From a virus: a DNA stretch of 64,000 bases. The notes below the pieces were generated by a model. The model searched no databases, was not told the DNA's origin, and worked only from the letters and a program-made list of their open reading frames with translations. Shown here in pieces: positions 10,367-19,802 of this stretch. Numbering within the stretch: position 1 is the stretch's first letter; each line of letters begins with the position of its first letter. The stretch lies in the IMG/VR virus record IMGVR_UViG_3300045988_155139, one strand, 5' to 3'. Made by a program: the position numbers and the translations under genes.

Positions 10367-10555
10367 ATGAAAATTAGAACATTCTGGGCACTTTATAATG
10401 CTGTTTTAGACGAGGAAGTTAACCAATTCTTAAGTAAAATAAAACCAGAGAATGTCTTAGATTTAAAATATTCTACTTCTTCTGATAATACTAGAAACAC
10501 AACGGTTTTCTCAGTAGCAATACTTTATGAGGAGGAAAAAGATGGCGAGATTTAA
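10367..10555 (+). CDS. hypothetical protein
   Basis: 62 aa ORF with RBS. Confidence 0.45.
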   Translation: MKIRTFWALYNAVLDEEVNQFLSKIKPENVLDLKYSTSSDNTRNTTVFSVAILYEEEKDGEI

Positions 10556-10802
10556 TGTTATAATTACCATTCTGATTACAATTTTAGAATTCACTATCGC
10601 TATATTCGACATATTGAGAGGAAAAATCTTTTGGGCTATAATCTTTGCAATAATTGGAATACTATATATAATCTATATGGTACCTTTAAGTTGGAGAAAC
10701 TATAAAAGAGATGTGAGATTGAAGAAAGAATGGAAAGAAATTCAAGAAAGAATAGATAAAGAATGGGGGAAATTTCAAGATGAGGATATATCAAAATTGT
10801 AA
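10542..10802 (+). CDS. small membrane protein (2 TM)
   Basis: ATG 10542 after GAGGAGG RBS; two hydrophobic helices. Confidence 0.5.
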   Translation: MARFNVIITILITILEFTIAIFDILRGKIFWAIIFAIIGILYIIYMVPLSWRNYKRDVRLKKEWKEIQERIDKEWGKFQDEDISKL

Positions 10803-11469
10803 AGAAATGATGTCAGAGGTTCATAGAGACCTACAAGAAATGGGTATAATCAAACATACAAAAACTGTTCAAGATAAAAACATCGAAGGTTTAGATGATT
10901 ATACCACAAAAGAATTAGTTGGTTATAGTTATTCAATATTAGATTTTAGTGATAAAGACCAAATGATTTTGGACAATGGTCTATCACTTGACTGGTGTCG
11001 TGCTGAGTTTGCAGAAAGGATTTGTCCAGATGAAGTAAATCCTGGTGAGGCTTATAAACTAAGACCAGTTTGGGACGAATTTGTACATGATGGAAAATTT
11101 AGTTACACATACAATGAAAGAATTAGAACACAATTAGAAAAAACAATGGATGTTTTAAAGAATGACCCTAACTCACGTCAGGCTATCATAGAGATATATA
11201 ATTCTACATTAGATAGCGACAATAGAGGTGGAGTAAAGAGAATTCCTTGCTCAATGTATTACCAATTTATTACAGACCAAAATGGAAAGTTAGACATCAT
11301 CTATAACATCAGAAGTAATGACTTTGGAGAACATTACCCATATGACATATGGATGGCTATCACATTATTACAATATGTAGCTGAGAATTTGGAGATGAAA
11401 GTTGGAAAACTAATCTACTTCTGTGGAAGTTTACATTGTTTTAAAAAGGACCTTCCAACAACATTCTAA
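10780..11469 (+). CDS. thymidylate synthase (ThyA) family enzyme, possible dNMP hydroxymethylase
   Basis: RIPCSMYYQF (catalytic Cys context) and NIRSNDFGEHYPYDIWMAITLL matching the ThyA Q-R-S-x-D...P-F-N-I...LL block; short (229 aa), like phage hydroxymethylases. Confidence 0.55.
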   Translation: MRIYQNCKEMMSEVHRDLQEMGIIKHTKTVQDKNIEGLDDYTTKELVGYSYSILDFSDKDQMILDNGLSLDWCRAEFAERICPDEVNPGEAYKLRPVWDEFVHDGKFSYTYNERIRTQLEKTMDVLKNDPNSRQAIIEIYNSTLDSDNRGGVKRIPCSMYYQFITDQNGKLDIIYNIRSNDFGEHYPYDIWMAITLLQYVAENLEMKVGKLIYFCGSLHCFKKDLPTTF

Positions 11470-11753
11470 TGGAGATTGTAAATAAAGAAAAGGGAGTAGT
11501 ATTTTCTGAAAAAGAAAAATCCAAAAATAACAATGATCTGATTTCACAATATGACAAAAGAATAAATGACATATTGCACAAAATCGAATTCCAAGATTTT
11601 ACTCCAGCTCAGGCATACAAAACTTTAATGAAGTTACAAGGATTTTTAAGAAAGAGAGGAAGTCTCAAAAGAAGAGGAAAAATATATACTCCCAGGACAG
11701 AAACTGGAAATTATATTATAGATGGTAAAGTAACTGACCAAAAACTAAGATAG
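11469..11753 (+). CDS. hypothetical basic protein
   Basis: 94 aa, ATG overlapping previous stop. Confidence 0.45.
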   Translation: MEIVNKEKGVVFSEKEKSKNNNDLISQYDKRINDILHKIEFQDFTPAQAYKTLMKLQGFLRKRGSLKRRGKIYTPRTETGNYIIDGKVTDQKLR

Positions 11754-11974
11754 ATGAGTAACGAGGTTGGTCATATAAAATGAGTAAAACTAACAAAGGT
11801 AATTATATTAACCAATAATCTAAATTGCCTATATGGTCAGCCTGGTGCCTCATTTTATTATAATTTTTTATAATTTTATAAAAATTTTAACAAAAAGCAC
11901 TCGATTTAATAATCAGTGCATTTCTGGTTTTTATAGTAAAATTATTATGTAAAGTTTAGAAAGGAGAATGCAAA

Positions 11975-12118
11975 ATGAAAGAAAGTTATATTTATTGCAC
12001 AAGATACCAAGAATGGTATAACTCCTTAGATAAGTTAGCTAAAGAGCAAAAATTAGAATGCAACAGGGATTGTAAGAATTGTAAATATCACAAAACAGTT
12101 TGGGTGGAGGAAGATTAA
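11975..12118 (+). CDS. small Cys-containing protein
   Basis: 47 aa ORF not in track; ATG 11975 after AAAGGAGAATG RBS; CNRDCKNC motif. Confidence 0.4.
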   Translation: MKESYIYCTRYQEWYNSLDKLAKEQKLECNRDCKNCKYHKTVWVEED

Positions 12119-12406
12119 ATGGATAACAAAGAAAAACCAAAATACATAAGAGACGATGTCAAATGTAAAGATTGTTTATATTATGAAAGTTCTATCTGGA
12201 AACCTTGGTGGGGTGAAAGATATTGTCACCATCCAGAAATTATCAGAACAGGACTGACAGATGTTACTCCCGGATGTGAACAATGGGAGATTAACACACA
12301 AGAAAAAGAAATGGACTTTATAGTTTATTTTAAAGAATGTATCGAGAAGCGGTTATTTGGTAATGGAAAAACGAATAACTTTACAATATATGGAAGAAGC
12401 AATTAA
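12119..12406 (+). CDS. Cys-rich protein (putative metal-binding)
   Basis: CKDC...CHHPE...C pattern; 95 aa. Confidence 0.5.
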   Translation: MDNKEKPKYIRDDVKCKDCLYYESSIWKPWWGERYCHHPEIIRTGLTDVTPGCEQWEINTQEKEMDFIVYFKECIEKRLFGNGKTNNFTIYGRSN

Positions 12407-12566
12407 AGCTTATGAAAATTTAAAAAAGAACTATGATATTAAATCAAAAAGAGTTAGAAGACTTATTGAAAATTCTGAAATAATAGAAAAAGATTATAAT
12501 GATATGGAAAACGAAAACAATCAGCTTAGAGACTTTATTCACAAGAAGGGTCTCAGCTTGGAATAG
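12363..12566 (+). CDS. hypothetical coiled-coil protein
   Basis: ATG 12363 (track starts at upstream TTG 12357); 67 aa. Confidence 0.4.
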   Translation: MEKRITLQYMEEAIKAYENLKKNYDIKSKRVRRLIENSEIIEKDYNDMENENNQLRDFIHKKGLSLE

Positions 12567-12595
12567 ATATTCAGTTTTAGAAAGGAGATGAGAAA

Positions 12596-13444
12596 ATGGG
12601 TCCAAAATATGACAACTTGGAAAGGCCAAAGGACATTGAGAAATTACCAAAAAATTATGTTTTTGAAAATTATAGGGATTGCTTATATGGACTAAGTGAT
12701 GTAGTCATATCACTAAAGAAAGATAAGTTTAGACAATATGGAGTAACAGTGCTAATTAAAAAAGATGACCTGGATGGAATTGACCAACTATATTTTAGAA
12801 GACCAAAGAAAAGACAGTTACTTAGAAAAAGATATGTTGATGAAGAAGAATGGAAAAAATCATTAGAAGAAGCACTAAAGACAGACAGAGTATACTATAG
12901 TTTTAAAGAACAAACTAGAGCACATGGTAATCACTCAGCAGGGAAGTGTTTATTAGATTTTGAAATTACCAAACCTATACAAGAAAGACAAAACCATCGA
13001 CAACTTATAGTAAATATGAGAGCTTCTATAGTTCCATATAACCTATTCTTTGATTTACTTTTATTACACCAAATGCTTAGCGAAGTAACCGACAAATGGG
13101 GAATAAAAGTAGAGGGAGGTATCGTTTTAAATATTGAGCTGTTGACTATCAAGAAAGGGGCAAGCTTTGGAGCTTTAATTTGTATGGGGTATCACTTTAA
13201 AGACTTAAAACAATCTAAGTTTTTCACTGGTGATATTAACCATATGTTTGACAATCAGAATTACCCTTGTACATTTAAAGTTGCGAGAGTTGCTTGGAAT
13301 AATGCTTATAATGAAATGAAAGATAGACTGGCAGCCGGTGAAGACCCATCTCTTTGGGAATGGACACCAACCAGAGAAATCAGACACAGGTCCAAAAAGT
13401 ATCAAGAACAAAAATTAGAGGAGGAATTAAAAGATGGAAAATAA
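12596..13444 (+). CDS. hypothetical protein (282 aa)
   Basis: RBS AAAGGAGATGAG; no motif recognised; sits between the nucleotide-metabolism genes and the primase. Confidence 0.55.
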   Translation: MGPKYDNLERPKDIEKLPKNYVFENYRDCLYGLSDVVISLKKDKFRQYGVTVLIKKDDLDGIDQLYFRRPKKRQLLRKRYVDEEEWKKSLEEALKTDRVYYSFKEQTRAHGNHSAGKCLLDFEITKPIQERQNHRQLIVNMRASIVPYNLFFDLLLLHQMLSEVTDKWGIKVEGGIVLNIELLTIKKGASFGALICMGYHFKDLKQSKFFTGDINHMFDNQNYPCTFKVARVAWNNAYNEMKDRLAAGEDPSLWEWTPTREIRHRSKKYQEQKLEEELKDGK

Positions 13445-13817
13445 TACTGAACAAAACCTATTAGAAATTGACATAACATGGTTTGACATACTAGCATTAG
13501 ATGCAAGATTAAAGGAAAGATTACACTTAAAAACTGAAGAAATAGCATTAACTCAAGAAGACATAGAGTTAATTAACACTGCTATTTATATTGACTTAGA
13601 TAAACTTGGAAAAGAAGTAGAAAAATGTGGTTTTACAAATGCAGCAATAGAAGAGGAAATGGGCATATCTCGTTCGCATTACTCAATGGTATTTGGAAAC
13701 TCTAAAAGAAAAAACAAGCGTGGCATAAGAATGAGATTAGTTGTTGCTATTCTCAATGCAATTAGAAGAAGAAAGGTATCAGATAGTTTTGAGGGAATAT
13801 TTGTAACAAAGAAATAA
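13434..13817 (+). CDS. HTH transcriptional regulator (XRE-like)
   Basis: GFTNAAIEEEMGISRSHYSMVFG helix-turn-helix signature. Confidence 0.5.
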   Translation: MENNTEQNLLEIDITWFDILALDARLKERLHLKTEEIALTQEDIELINTAIYIDLDKLGKEVEKCGFTNAAIEEEMGISRSHYSMVFGNSKRKNKRGIRMRLVVAILNAIRRRKVSDSFEGIFVTKK

Positions 13818-13842
13818 ATTAAGCAGAGGAGGAAAATGATTT

Positions 13843-16089
13843 ATGGAAAAATCCGAGACAAGTAAAAATCAATATTGGTATTCTCCTTTGCCAAAGACTG
13901 GTAGTGTTGACCGTGAGGGTAAGTCAATCGAGAAACAACCTAACTTCAACAAAAAATTTACATACGAAGAAATAAAAGCTCTAGGTTGCAATTATGTTAG
14001 AAGAGTAAATCCAGGATTTGTATTTTTTGATTTTGATAAACCCGAGTTGGCCGCTATCATGGATAAAATCGTCAAAGACCAAGGACTAAAGTGTAAGAGA
14101 CTAACAACTACTCGTGGAGCGCATTTTATGTTTAAGACTGAGCGTGGAAAAATCAGTGATGGTAGTGGACCTAATTGGTTGGGTATAGATTGTGATTTAA
14201 AGGGAGTAGGAGTTGACCAACCAAGGAAGATAAATTGTCAGGTTATAAGATTACATGATGAGGATAGACCCGAAGAATATATTGGTTTTGATAAGAAAAG
14301 AGCTGAAGATGGAAGTTTGGATGTAACCGATGATGATTTAGACTATGCACCATTTTATTTATACCATGCACCAAAGTCAGCCAGAGAAACTTTGTCACAG
14401 GCATTGGGAATGGCCTCAGGTGATGGCTCGGGGAGAAATAACTGGTTCCATCATGAATATGCAAAGTTTTGTAAAAAAGCTAAATTTACCTGGGAGCAAT
14501 ATCACCAAGCAAGTGGACTAATTAACCGATTTGTATTTGGTGAGTCTTTAAGTGATGATGAGTTAACAACAGCAACGAGACAGGAAGAATATGACGATTT
14601 AAAAGTAGGAAGTAAAGAAGAAAAGCCTTTAATATTAGTGCAAGCAGAAGACTTGATAGAAACCTGGAACTGCAAGATGTGCAACAGTGAGATTTTGTTC
14701 TTCAACGAAGATTTAGGACATTATGATAGTTATATAGAAGTTCTGAGAAGATATTTGCAAAGAAAATACTCAGAAAATAACATAACAACCCAGAAGATAG
14801 ACGAAATCATGAAACAGGTGGTGATAATTTTGAACACAGAAAGGGAGTATCAAGTAAAAAGGTCTGAGGAATATGTAGTATGTAAGGACCGTTTAGTCTC
14901 AACCCTCAGAGATGAGACTCGAGAAATGACCAGAAGTATTGTAACCGACATAGTTTACCCATTTAGTTTTATGACACCAAGTGAGATAGCCGATTATGAA
15001 AAGAGAGGCCAAGAGTTAATAAATAAAGCCAAATTAGATAAAATGAATGGTAAGTGGGTCGAAGAAAAAGCACCAAAGAGAGATGCCGAAGGAAAAGTTA
15101 TTGGACCTGAAGGAACCACATATAAATTTATTAAAGAAATAAGTTGTTTTGACCCTAAAGTTGAAACAGTAATCTTAGAAGCCCTAGGATGTATGTTAGC
15201 ACCAGTTAAAAAATTACCAAAAATATTTATATTTTATGGCTCTGGAGCTAATGGTAAGTCAAAACTTTTGGATTTAATGAGAGAAATTATGGGGCCTTTA
15301 ATGACATCAGCTAACATACTTAATATCAATGACAACTTTGCTTTACAAAATGTATATAAGGGAATAGCAAATGTAACCGACGACGTTGGTATCACAACAC
15401 TAAGAGAGACTGGTTTATTTAAAAGTTTAATAGATGGAACAGATATTGAGGTAAACATAAAACATAAAGACCCAATTTTATGGAAACCCAACTCACAATT
15501 TGTTATGTGCTGCAACGAAATACCAAGAATAGCTGATAGCACAAAGGGTATGATTAGAAGACTTAGCTTTGTTCCATTTGAAATGCAATTAACAAAAGCT
15601 GACATGGATGTATTTTTATTAGATAAGATGAGAAATGAGCCAGGACATAATGGTCTAAGATATTTAATGAGTAAAGCTATAATAGCTTATAGAGCAGCAA
15701 TAGCCAGAGGAGATTTAACCGAATTAGACAAACAGAAAGAATTAGAAGAAGACTTCCTTGAGGAGAATAAAGACAGAATATCACAATTTCTAGAATATAT
15801 GATAGAAGAAAATGGCGGTGACTTAGATATGGGAATTTGTGATAAAAACCTAGGATGGCTCAACCAAGTATTTGCTCAAGAGCTATACACTGATTATGTA
15901 CAATGGTGCCAAAGAAATTTCGATTCCAAAATAGAAACACAAAAAGCTTTTAGCACAAGATTTAAAAAGAAGCTTCCATCTAACTGGACACTCATCCAAA
16001 AGAAGTTTGAGGGAAGGAATTTGAGAATTTATGTAAACAAACTACAATATGGAGATTTCAAATTACCTGGCAAAACTACTCAGATTTAA
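13843..16089 (+). CDS. primase-polymerase / P4-D5 family SF3 helicase
   Basis: 748 aa; C-terminal Walker A FIFYGSGANGKSKL and D5-type helicase region; N-terminal prim-pol-like region. Confidence 0.7.
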   Translation: MEKSETSKNQYWYSPLPKTGSVDREGKSIEKQPNFNKKFTYEEIKALGCNYVRRVNPGFVFFDFDKPELAAIMDKIVKDQGLKCKRLTTTRGAHFMFKTERGKISDGSGPNWLGIDCDLKGVGVDQPRKINCQVIRLHDEDRPEEYIGFDKKRAEDGSLDVTDDDLDYAPFYLYHAPKSARETLSQALGMASGDGSGRNNWFHHEYAKFCKKAKFTWEQYHQASGLINRFVFGESLSDDELTTATRQEEYDDLKVGSKEEKPLILVQAEDLIETWNCKMCNSEILFFNEDLGHYDSYIEVLRRYLQRKYSENNITTQKIDEIMKQVVIILNTEREYQVKRSEEYVVCKDRLVSTLRDETREMTRSIVTDIVYPFSFMTPSEIADYEKRGQELINKAKLDKMNGKWVEEKAPKRDAEGKVIGPEGTTYKFIKEISCFDPKVETVILEALGCMLAPVKKLPKIFIFYGSGANGKSKLLDLMREIMGPLMTSANILNINDNFALQNVYKGIANVTDDVGITTLRETGLFKSLIDGTDIEVNIKHKDPILWKPNSQFVMCCNEIPRIADSTKGMIRRLSFVPFEMQLTKADMDVFLLDKMRNEPGHNGLRYLMSKAIIAYRAAIARGDLTELDKQKELEEDFLEENKDRISQFLEYMIEENGGDLDMGICDKNLGWLNQVFAQELYTDYVQWCQRNFDSKIETQKAFSTRFKKKLPSNWTLIQKKFEGRNLRIYVNKLQYGDFKLPGKTTQI

Positions 16090-16106
16090 TTAAAGAAATT
16101 CTACAA

Positions 16107-16146
16107 AAAGCACTCTGAAAATATCTTGAAAAAGAGTGCTTTTACA
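16107..16146 (+). terminator. rho-independent terminator
   Basis: AAAGCACTCT...AGAGTGCTTT 10-bp stem followed by TTT. Confidence 0.65.
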
Positions 16147-16149
16147 TGA

Positions 16150-16660
16150 TATTTATAATGAATTTTGGCCTGGTATCCAACTTTAAATTTAATTTGAGTA
16201 CCTTTTGGTGAATTCGGAACCGGTTGGTATCACTGACTTTGAGGGGTGGGGTAAAATTGGAAAGGTAACCAACTGATGGTTCCTACCTTTTAGGCTATAA
16301 TTCGACATATTGTTAGCAATTAGTTTCTATTTTATATTTAATTTTATACTAATACAGTTAATATATTAAAAAAAAATAAATACTATAAAAATTTAAAAAA
16401 CGAGTAATACCAAGGGGTTCAGAAGGTAACCAACTATGGTATCTAACTTTATTTCTCGATTTTGAGATAAATACCAATTTTTTAAAAATGTTGATATATA
16501 AACCGTTGACCTATGTATCTAACCGAGGTATCTAAAAAATTAGAAAAAATTCCTGCTACGTTTGTTTGGTCAATATTATGGTAACTTAAAACCGCTTCTG
16601 AAAATAAAATCCCAAAGTCTATTTCGTTTTTGGAAAAAGTGTGATAATATAAATGTAAGG
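16150..16660. repeat. putative replication origin: iterons plus AT-rich unwinding region
   Basis: GGTA(A/T)CCAACT at 16172, 16264, 16425; inverted GGTTGGTATC at 16222; 80-nt >90% AT tract 16321-16400; directly downstream of the primase-helicase. Confidence 0.45.
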
Positions 16661-16662
16661 AG

Positions 16663-16986
16663 ATGAGTAATATGGGAAAAGTAATATTTGAGTTTGACGA
16701 GAATGACATAGAGAATATCAATTTGGTAGTCAACCGTCACAAACTGATATGTGCCATAGAAGAATTGAGTGAATTATATAGAGGAATATATAATCACAAA
16801 ATCTATTACAGAGATGATGAGCAAATATACTTAAAAGCTGATGGCACAAAAGCTACTGATGAAGATTACAAGAAAGCTAATCTCGAAGGTAAGTTTTTAG
16901 AAGGTGGAAAACACTATTTAAGTCAAGACTACATCGAGAGAGAATTAGACAATATTTTGAGTGATGTCAGACAATATCTTTACTGA
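16663..16986 (+). CDS. hypothetical protein
   Basis: 107 aa; RBS AAGGAGATGAG. Confidence 0.5.
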   Translation: MSNMGKVIFEFDENDIENINLVVNRHKLICAIEELSELYRGIYNHKIYYRDDEQIYLKADGTKATDEDYKKANLEGKFLEGGKHYLSQDYIERELDNILSDVRQYLY

Positions 16987-16995
16987 TACAAATAA

Positions 16996-17511
16996 TTGCT
17001 AGTGAAAGGAGGAAAACTGATGGAAGCCGATGAAATAACTTCAAATGACAATACAGAAAAGATGACTACATTAGAATTAGTAACTTATCACTTTAGGCAA
17101 TTAGGTTTTGAAAATGAAAATCCTGAAGATTTACAAATGGTAGCTGACCTTCATGAGAGATGGCTAAATAAAGACCAACGTGAATTGACAGAAAGAGAAT
17201 ATGTTATCTCTCAAGACCCTGACGTACAAGAAGTACTTAGACGATGTCGACTAACTGATAGCCCTAAACGTCGTTTGACTAAAACTGATTTACAAGTTCT
17301 TTTGGAACAAATAGCAAAAGGTGAAATCACTCGACGTGATTATGTTGGAAAAGACGCAGAACCTGTCCAACTGACTCCTAACTTCGCTGAAAGGATAAAT
17401 GCTATTAAAATGCTAATGGGAGAAGCGGAAAATGAGGGAACAGAGAAGATATTCTTCATAGATGACATTGAAAGTAAATATAATGAGTTAAATTTGGACC
17501 AGGATAATTAA
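16996..17511 (+). CDS. putative terminase small subunit
   Basis: 171 aa, immediately upstream of the large terminase; N-terminal HTH-like helix; assigned by position. Confidence 0.35.
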   Translation: MLVKGGKLMEADEITSNDNTEKMTTLELVTYHFRQLGFENENPEDLQMVADLHERWLNKDQRELTEREYVISQDPDVQEVLRRCRLTDSPKRRLTKTDLQVLLEQIAKGEITRRDYVGKDAEPVQLTPNFAERINAIKMLMGEAENEGTEKIFFIDDIESKYNELNLDQDN

Positions 17512-17688
17512 AAATATTATTTGAGACCTATCAATTTGAGCTCAGGCTGGGTCAATTTTAATTTTTATATTTAAACTAAGGTAATTTATTATCTATTAAA
17601 TCTAACTGCTTTAAAATTTAAAATAATTACAATCAGAGGTAGTTAACATAATAAAATCTTGTACGACGTGAGGAAAGGAGGAAATAAA

Positions 17689-18951
17689 TTGATACAAAGA
17701 CTAAGTGAGATATTTCTATCTGTGTATTGGAAAATGCACTTGCCTGGATTTAATTGCTCTAGAAGGTATCTTAGAGGAGGTAGATATTCTGGTAAAAGTG
17801 TTGAGACAGCAAGAAGCATTATTACTGGAATGTTAGAAGACCCAACTAAGACAAAGTCAGCTATCGCCTTTAGAAAATTTGGTAATACATTACAAAGCTC
17901 AGTATTTAATGAGTTTGTAAATGCTATATATGATTTAGGAGTAGAGTCAGAATTTGAGATGGTCTATTCACCATTACAGATTAGAAGAAAAGGAACCAGA
18001 CAAGTTATACAATTTGCAATGTTAAATCAACCAGACGACTTCAGAAAAATAAAATCTATAAAACTGATAAAATCATATTTTGCTTATATTTGGTTTGAAG
18101 AAGCAGATGAGTTCACAGACCCTAAAGCTATTCGTCAAGTATTGCTATCACTATTCAGAAATGGAAATAATTTCGTAGTTTATTTTACATTTAATACTCC
18201 ATTTAGCCCTGAGCACCATCTTAATGTTGAGTGGGGAACAAGAAAGAATTGTTATTACCAGCATACAACTGTTTATGATTTACCAAAAGAAATAATTAGC
18301 GATGAGATATGGGAAGAAATAAATGACATGAAAGAACATAGACCCAAGGAGTTTGCACATACTATAATGGGAGAACCAGGAGACCCAGATGCTATAGTCT
18401 ATCCAAATGTTTATAGATATACTTATGACCCAGACGGAGAGCATAAGTATTTTGATAATATTTTGAGAGGACTGGATTTTGGTTATGCACCTGACCCAAC
18501 AGCATATGTAGACATGTATTATGATAAGACTCACAATGACTTATATATTTTAAATGAGATGTATGATTACAGATTAAAATCTCAAGAAATATATGACAGA
18601 GTAGTTAAAGTATGGCATAGTTATGGTCCAGTAACATGTGAAATTGACAAACGTGTTATCGACGAATTAACAGATGCTGGTTTATATACCATAGAAGCAA
18701 AGAAAGGACCAAATTCAAGAGAATTAGGAACTAAGTGGTTTCAAGAACTTAATCATATTTATATTGACCCAGCAAGATGTCCTAATGCTTGGAGAGAATT
18801 CACAACTGCTGAATATGCAAGAGACAAATATGGTAATGTGACAACTAAACTTCCAGATGGTAATGACCACATAAGAGATGCTGCAAGATATGCTACTGAG
18901 GATTATTGGAACCATACAAATATGAGAATATCAGATAGGAGGTTATTCTAA
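17689..18951 (+). CDS. terminase large subunit
   Basis: Walker A RRYLRGGRYSGKS (PBSX/Terminase_3-like), nuclease-domain acidic residues; TTG start 17689 seven nt after AGGAAAGGAGG (track begins at in-frame TTG 17659). Confidence 0.75.
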   Translation: MIQRLSEIFLSVYWKMHLPGFNCSRRYLRGGRYSGKSVETARSIITGMLEDPTKTKSAIAFRKFGNTLQSSVFNEFVNAIYDLGVESEFEMVYSPLQIRRKGTRQVIQFAMLNQPDDFRKIKSIKLIKSYFAYIWFEEADEFTDPKAIRQVLLSLFRNGNNFVVYFTFNTPFSPEHHLNVEWGTRKNCYYQHTTVYDLPKEIISDEIWEEINDMKEHRPKEFAHTIMGEPGDPDAIVYPNVYRYTYDPDGEHKYFDNILRGLDFGYAPDPTAYVDMYYDKTHNDLYILNEMYDYRLKSQEIYDRVVKVWHSYGPVTCEIDKRVIDELTDAGLYTIEAKKGPNSRELGTKWFQELNHIYIDPARCPNAWREFTTAEYARDKYGNVTTKLPDGNDHIRDAARYATEDYWNHTNMRISDRRLF

Positions 18952-18952
18952 T

Positions 18953-19225
18953 ATGGGTAAAGTAATAGATATAGACTGCATGGAGCCTCATTTAACGGGA
19001 GAGCTAATTTGCATAAAGTGTGGCTATAGATATATTGGTACTTGGAACGAGAAGGTTTGGCTAAAAGAGTTATATTGTCCTAACTGTCAGACACAGGGTT
19101 TTACTATTGGAACCGGACAAATATTAGAGTCTGGTGATTTATCAGCTTATGACCAAAAGCATCCAAAGCCTCAGTCTAAACCTGGACAAATATTGGAGTT
19201 TCCTTTTCAGAAAGGAGAAAGCTAA
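18953..19225 (+). CDS. zinc-ribbon protein
   Basis: CIKCGY...CPNCQ. Confidence 0.5.
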   Translation: MGKVIDIDCMEPHLTGELICIKCGYRYIGTWNEKVWLKELYCPNCQTQGFTIGTGQILESGDLSAYDQKHPKPQSKPGQILEFPFQKGES

Positions 19226-19486
19226 ATGATAGATAAAGATTTCCAAAATGGAATATACTCTAAAGTTATAAGAAGAGACCCAAAAGAGTCTTTTGAAATG
19301 TTATTAAATTGCAAAGAACCTGGTAAATATGCCCTAAGGGTTAATACAAAATATTCAAGCATTATGCCTCATGCATTTTGGGCAGTAGTTTCTCGTGGAT
19401 ATTGGCCCTTAAGTTTTGTTGATTTACCAGAAGATATATTCTATGAAATTGTGGAAAGGAGGAGTCTGGATGACACAAGTGAATAG
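19226..19486 (+). CDS. hypothetical protein
   Basis: 86 aa ORF. Confidence 0.45.
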   Translation: MIDKDFQNGIYSKVIRRDPKESFEMLLNCKEPGKYALRVNTKYSSIMPHAFWAVVSRGYWPLSFVDLPEDIFYEIVERRSLDDTSE

Positions 19487-19799
19487 CTCAGTCAAACCAT
19501 TCGAGTTTGAAATCAATGGAGAGAACTGGAAAATAATCCAAGTTCCATCTATTGGAGATGAGATTACAACTATTGGAGAAACTGAATATCATACCCGAAT
19601 AATTAGACTTTTAGATTGGGTAGATAATCTCACAAAGATTAGGACATTAAAACATGAGTTAGCACATGTCTGGATGTGGGAGTATGGTCACAATCAGCAA
19701 GAGAAAGAATTTAATCATGAAGATGTTTGTGACATAATTGCCGCTTCTAATGACTTTATAAATGATATTGTTACAAATTATTTTAAGGGAGGTAAGTAA
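19470..19799 (+). CDS. HExxH metallopeptidase-like protein
   Basis: HELAHVWMWEYGH motif; ATG 19470 after GGAAAGGAGGAG RBS. Confidence 0.45.
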   Translation: MTQVNSSVKPFEFEINGENWKIIQVPSIGDEITTIGETEYHTRIIRLLDWVDNLTKIRTLKHELAHVWMWEYGHNQQEKEFNHEDVCDIIAASNDFINDIVTNYFKGGK

Positions 19800-19802
19800 G
19801 AT

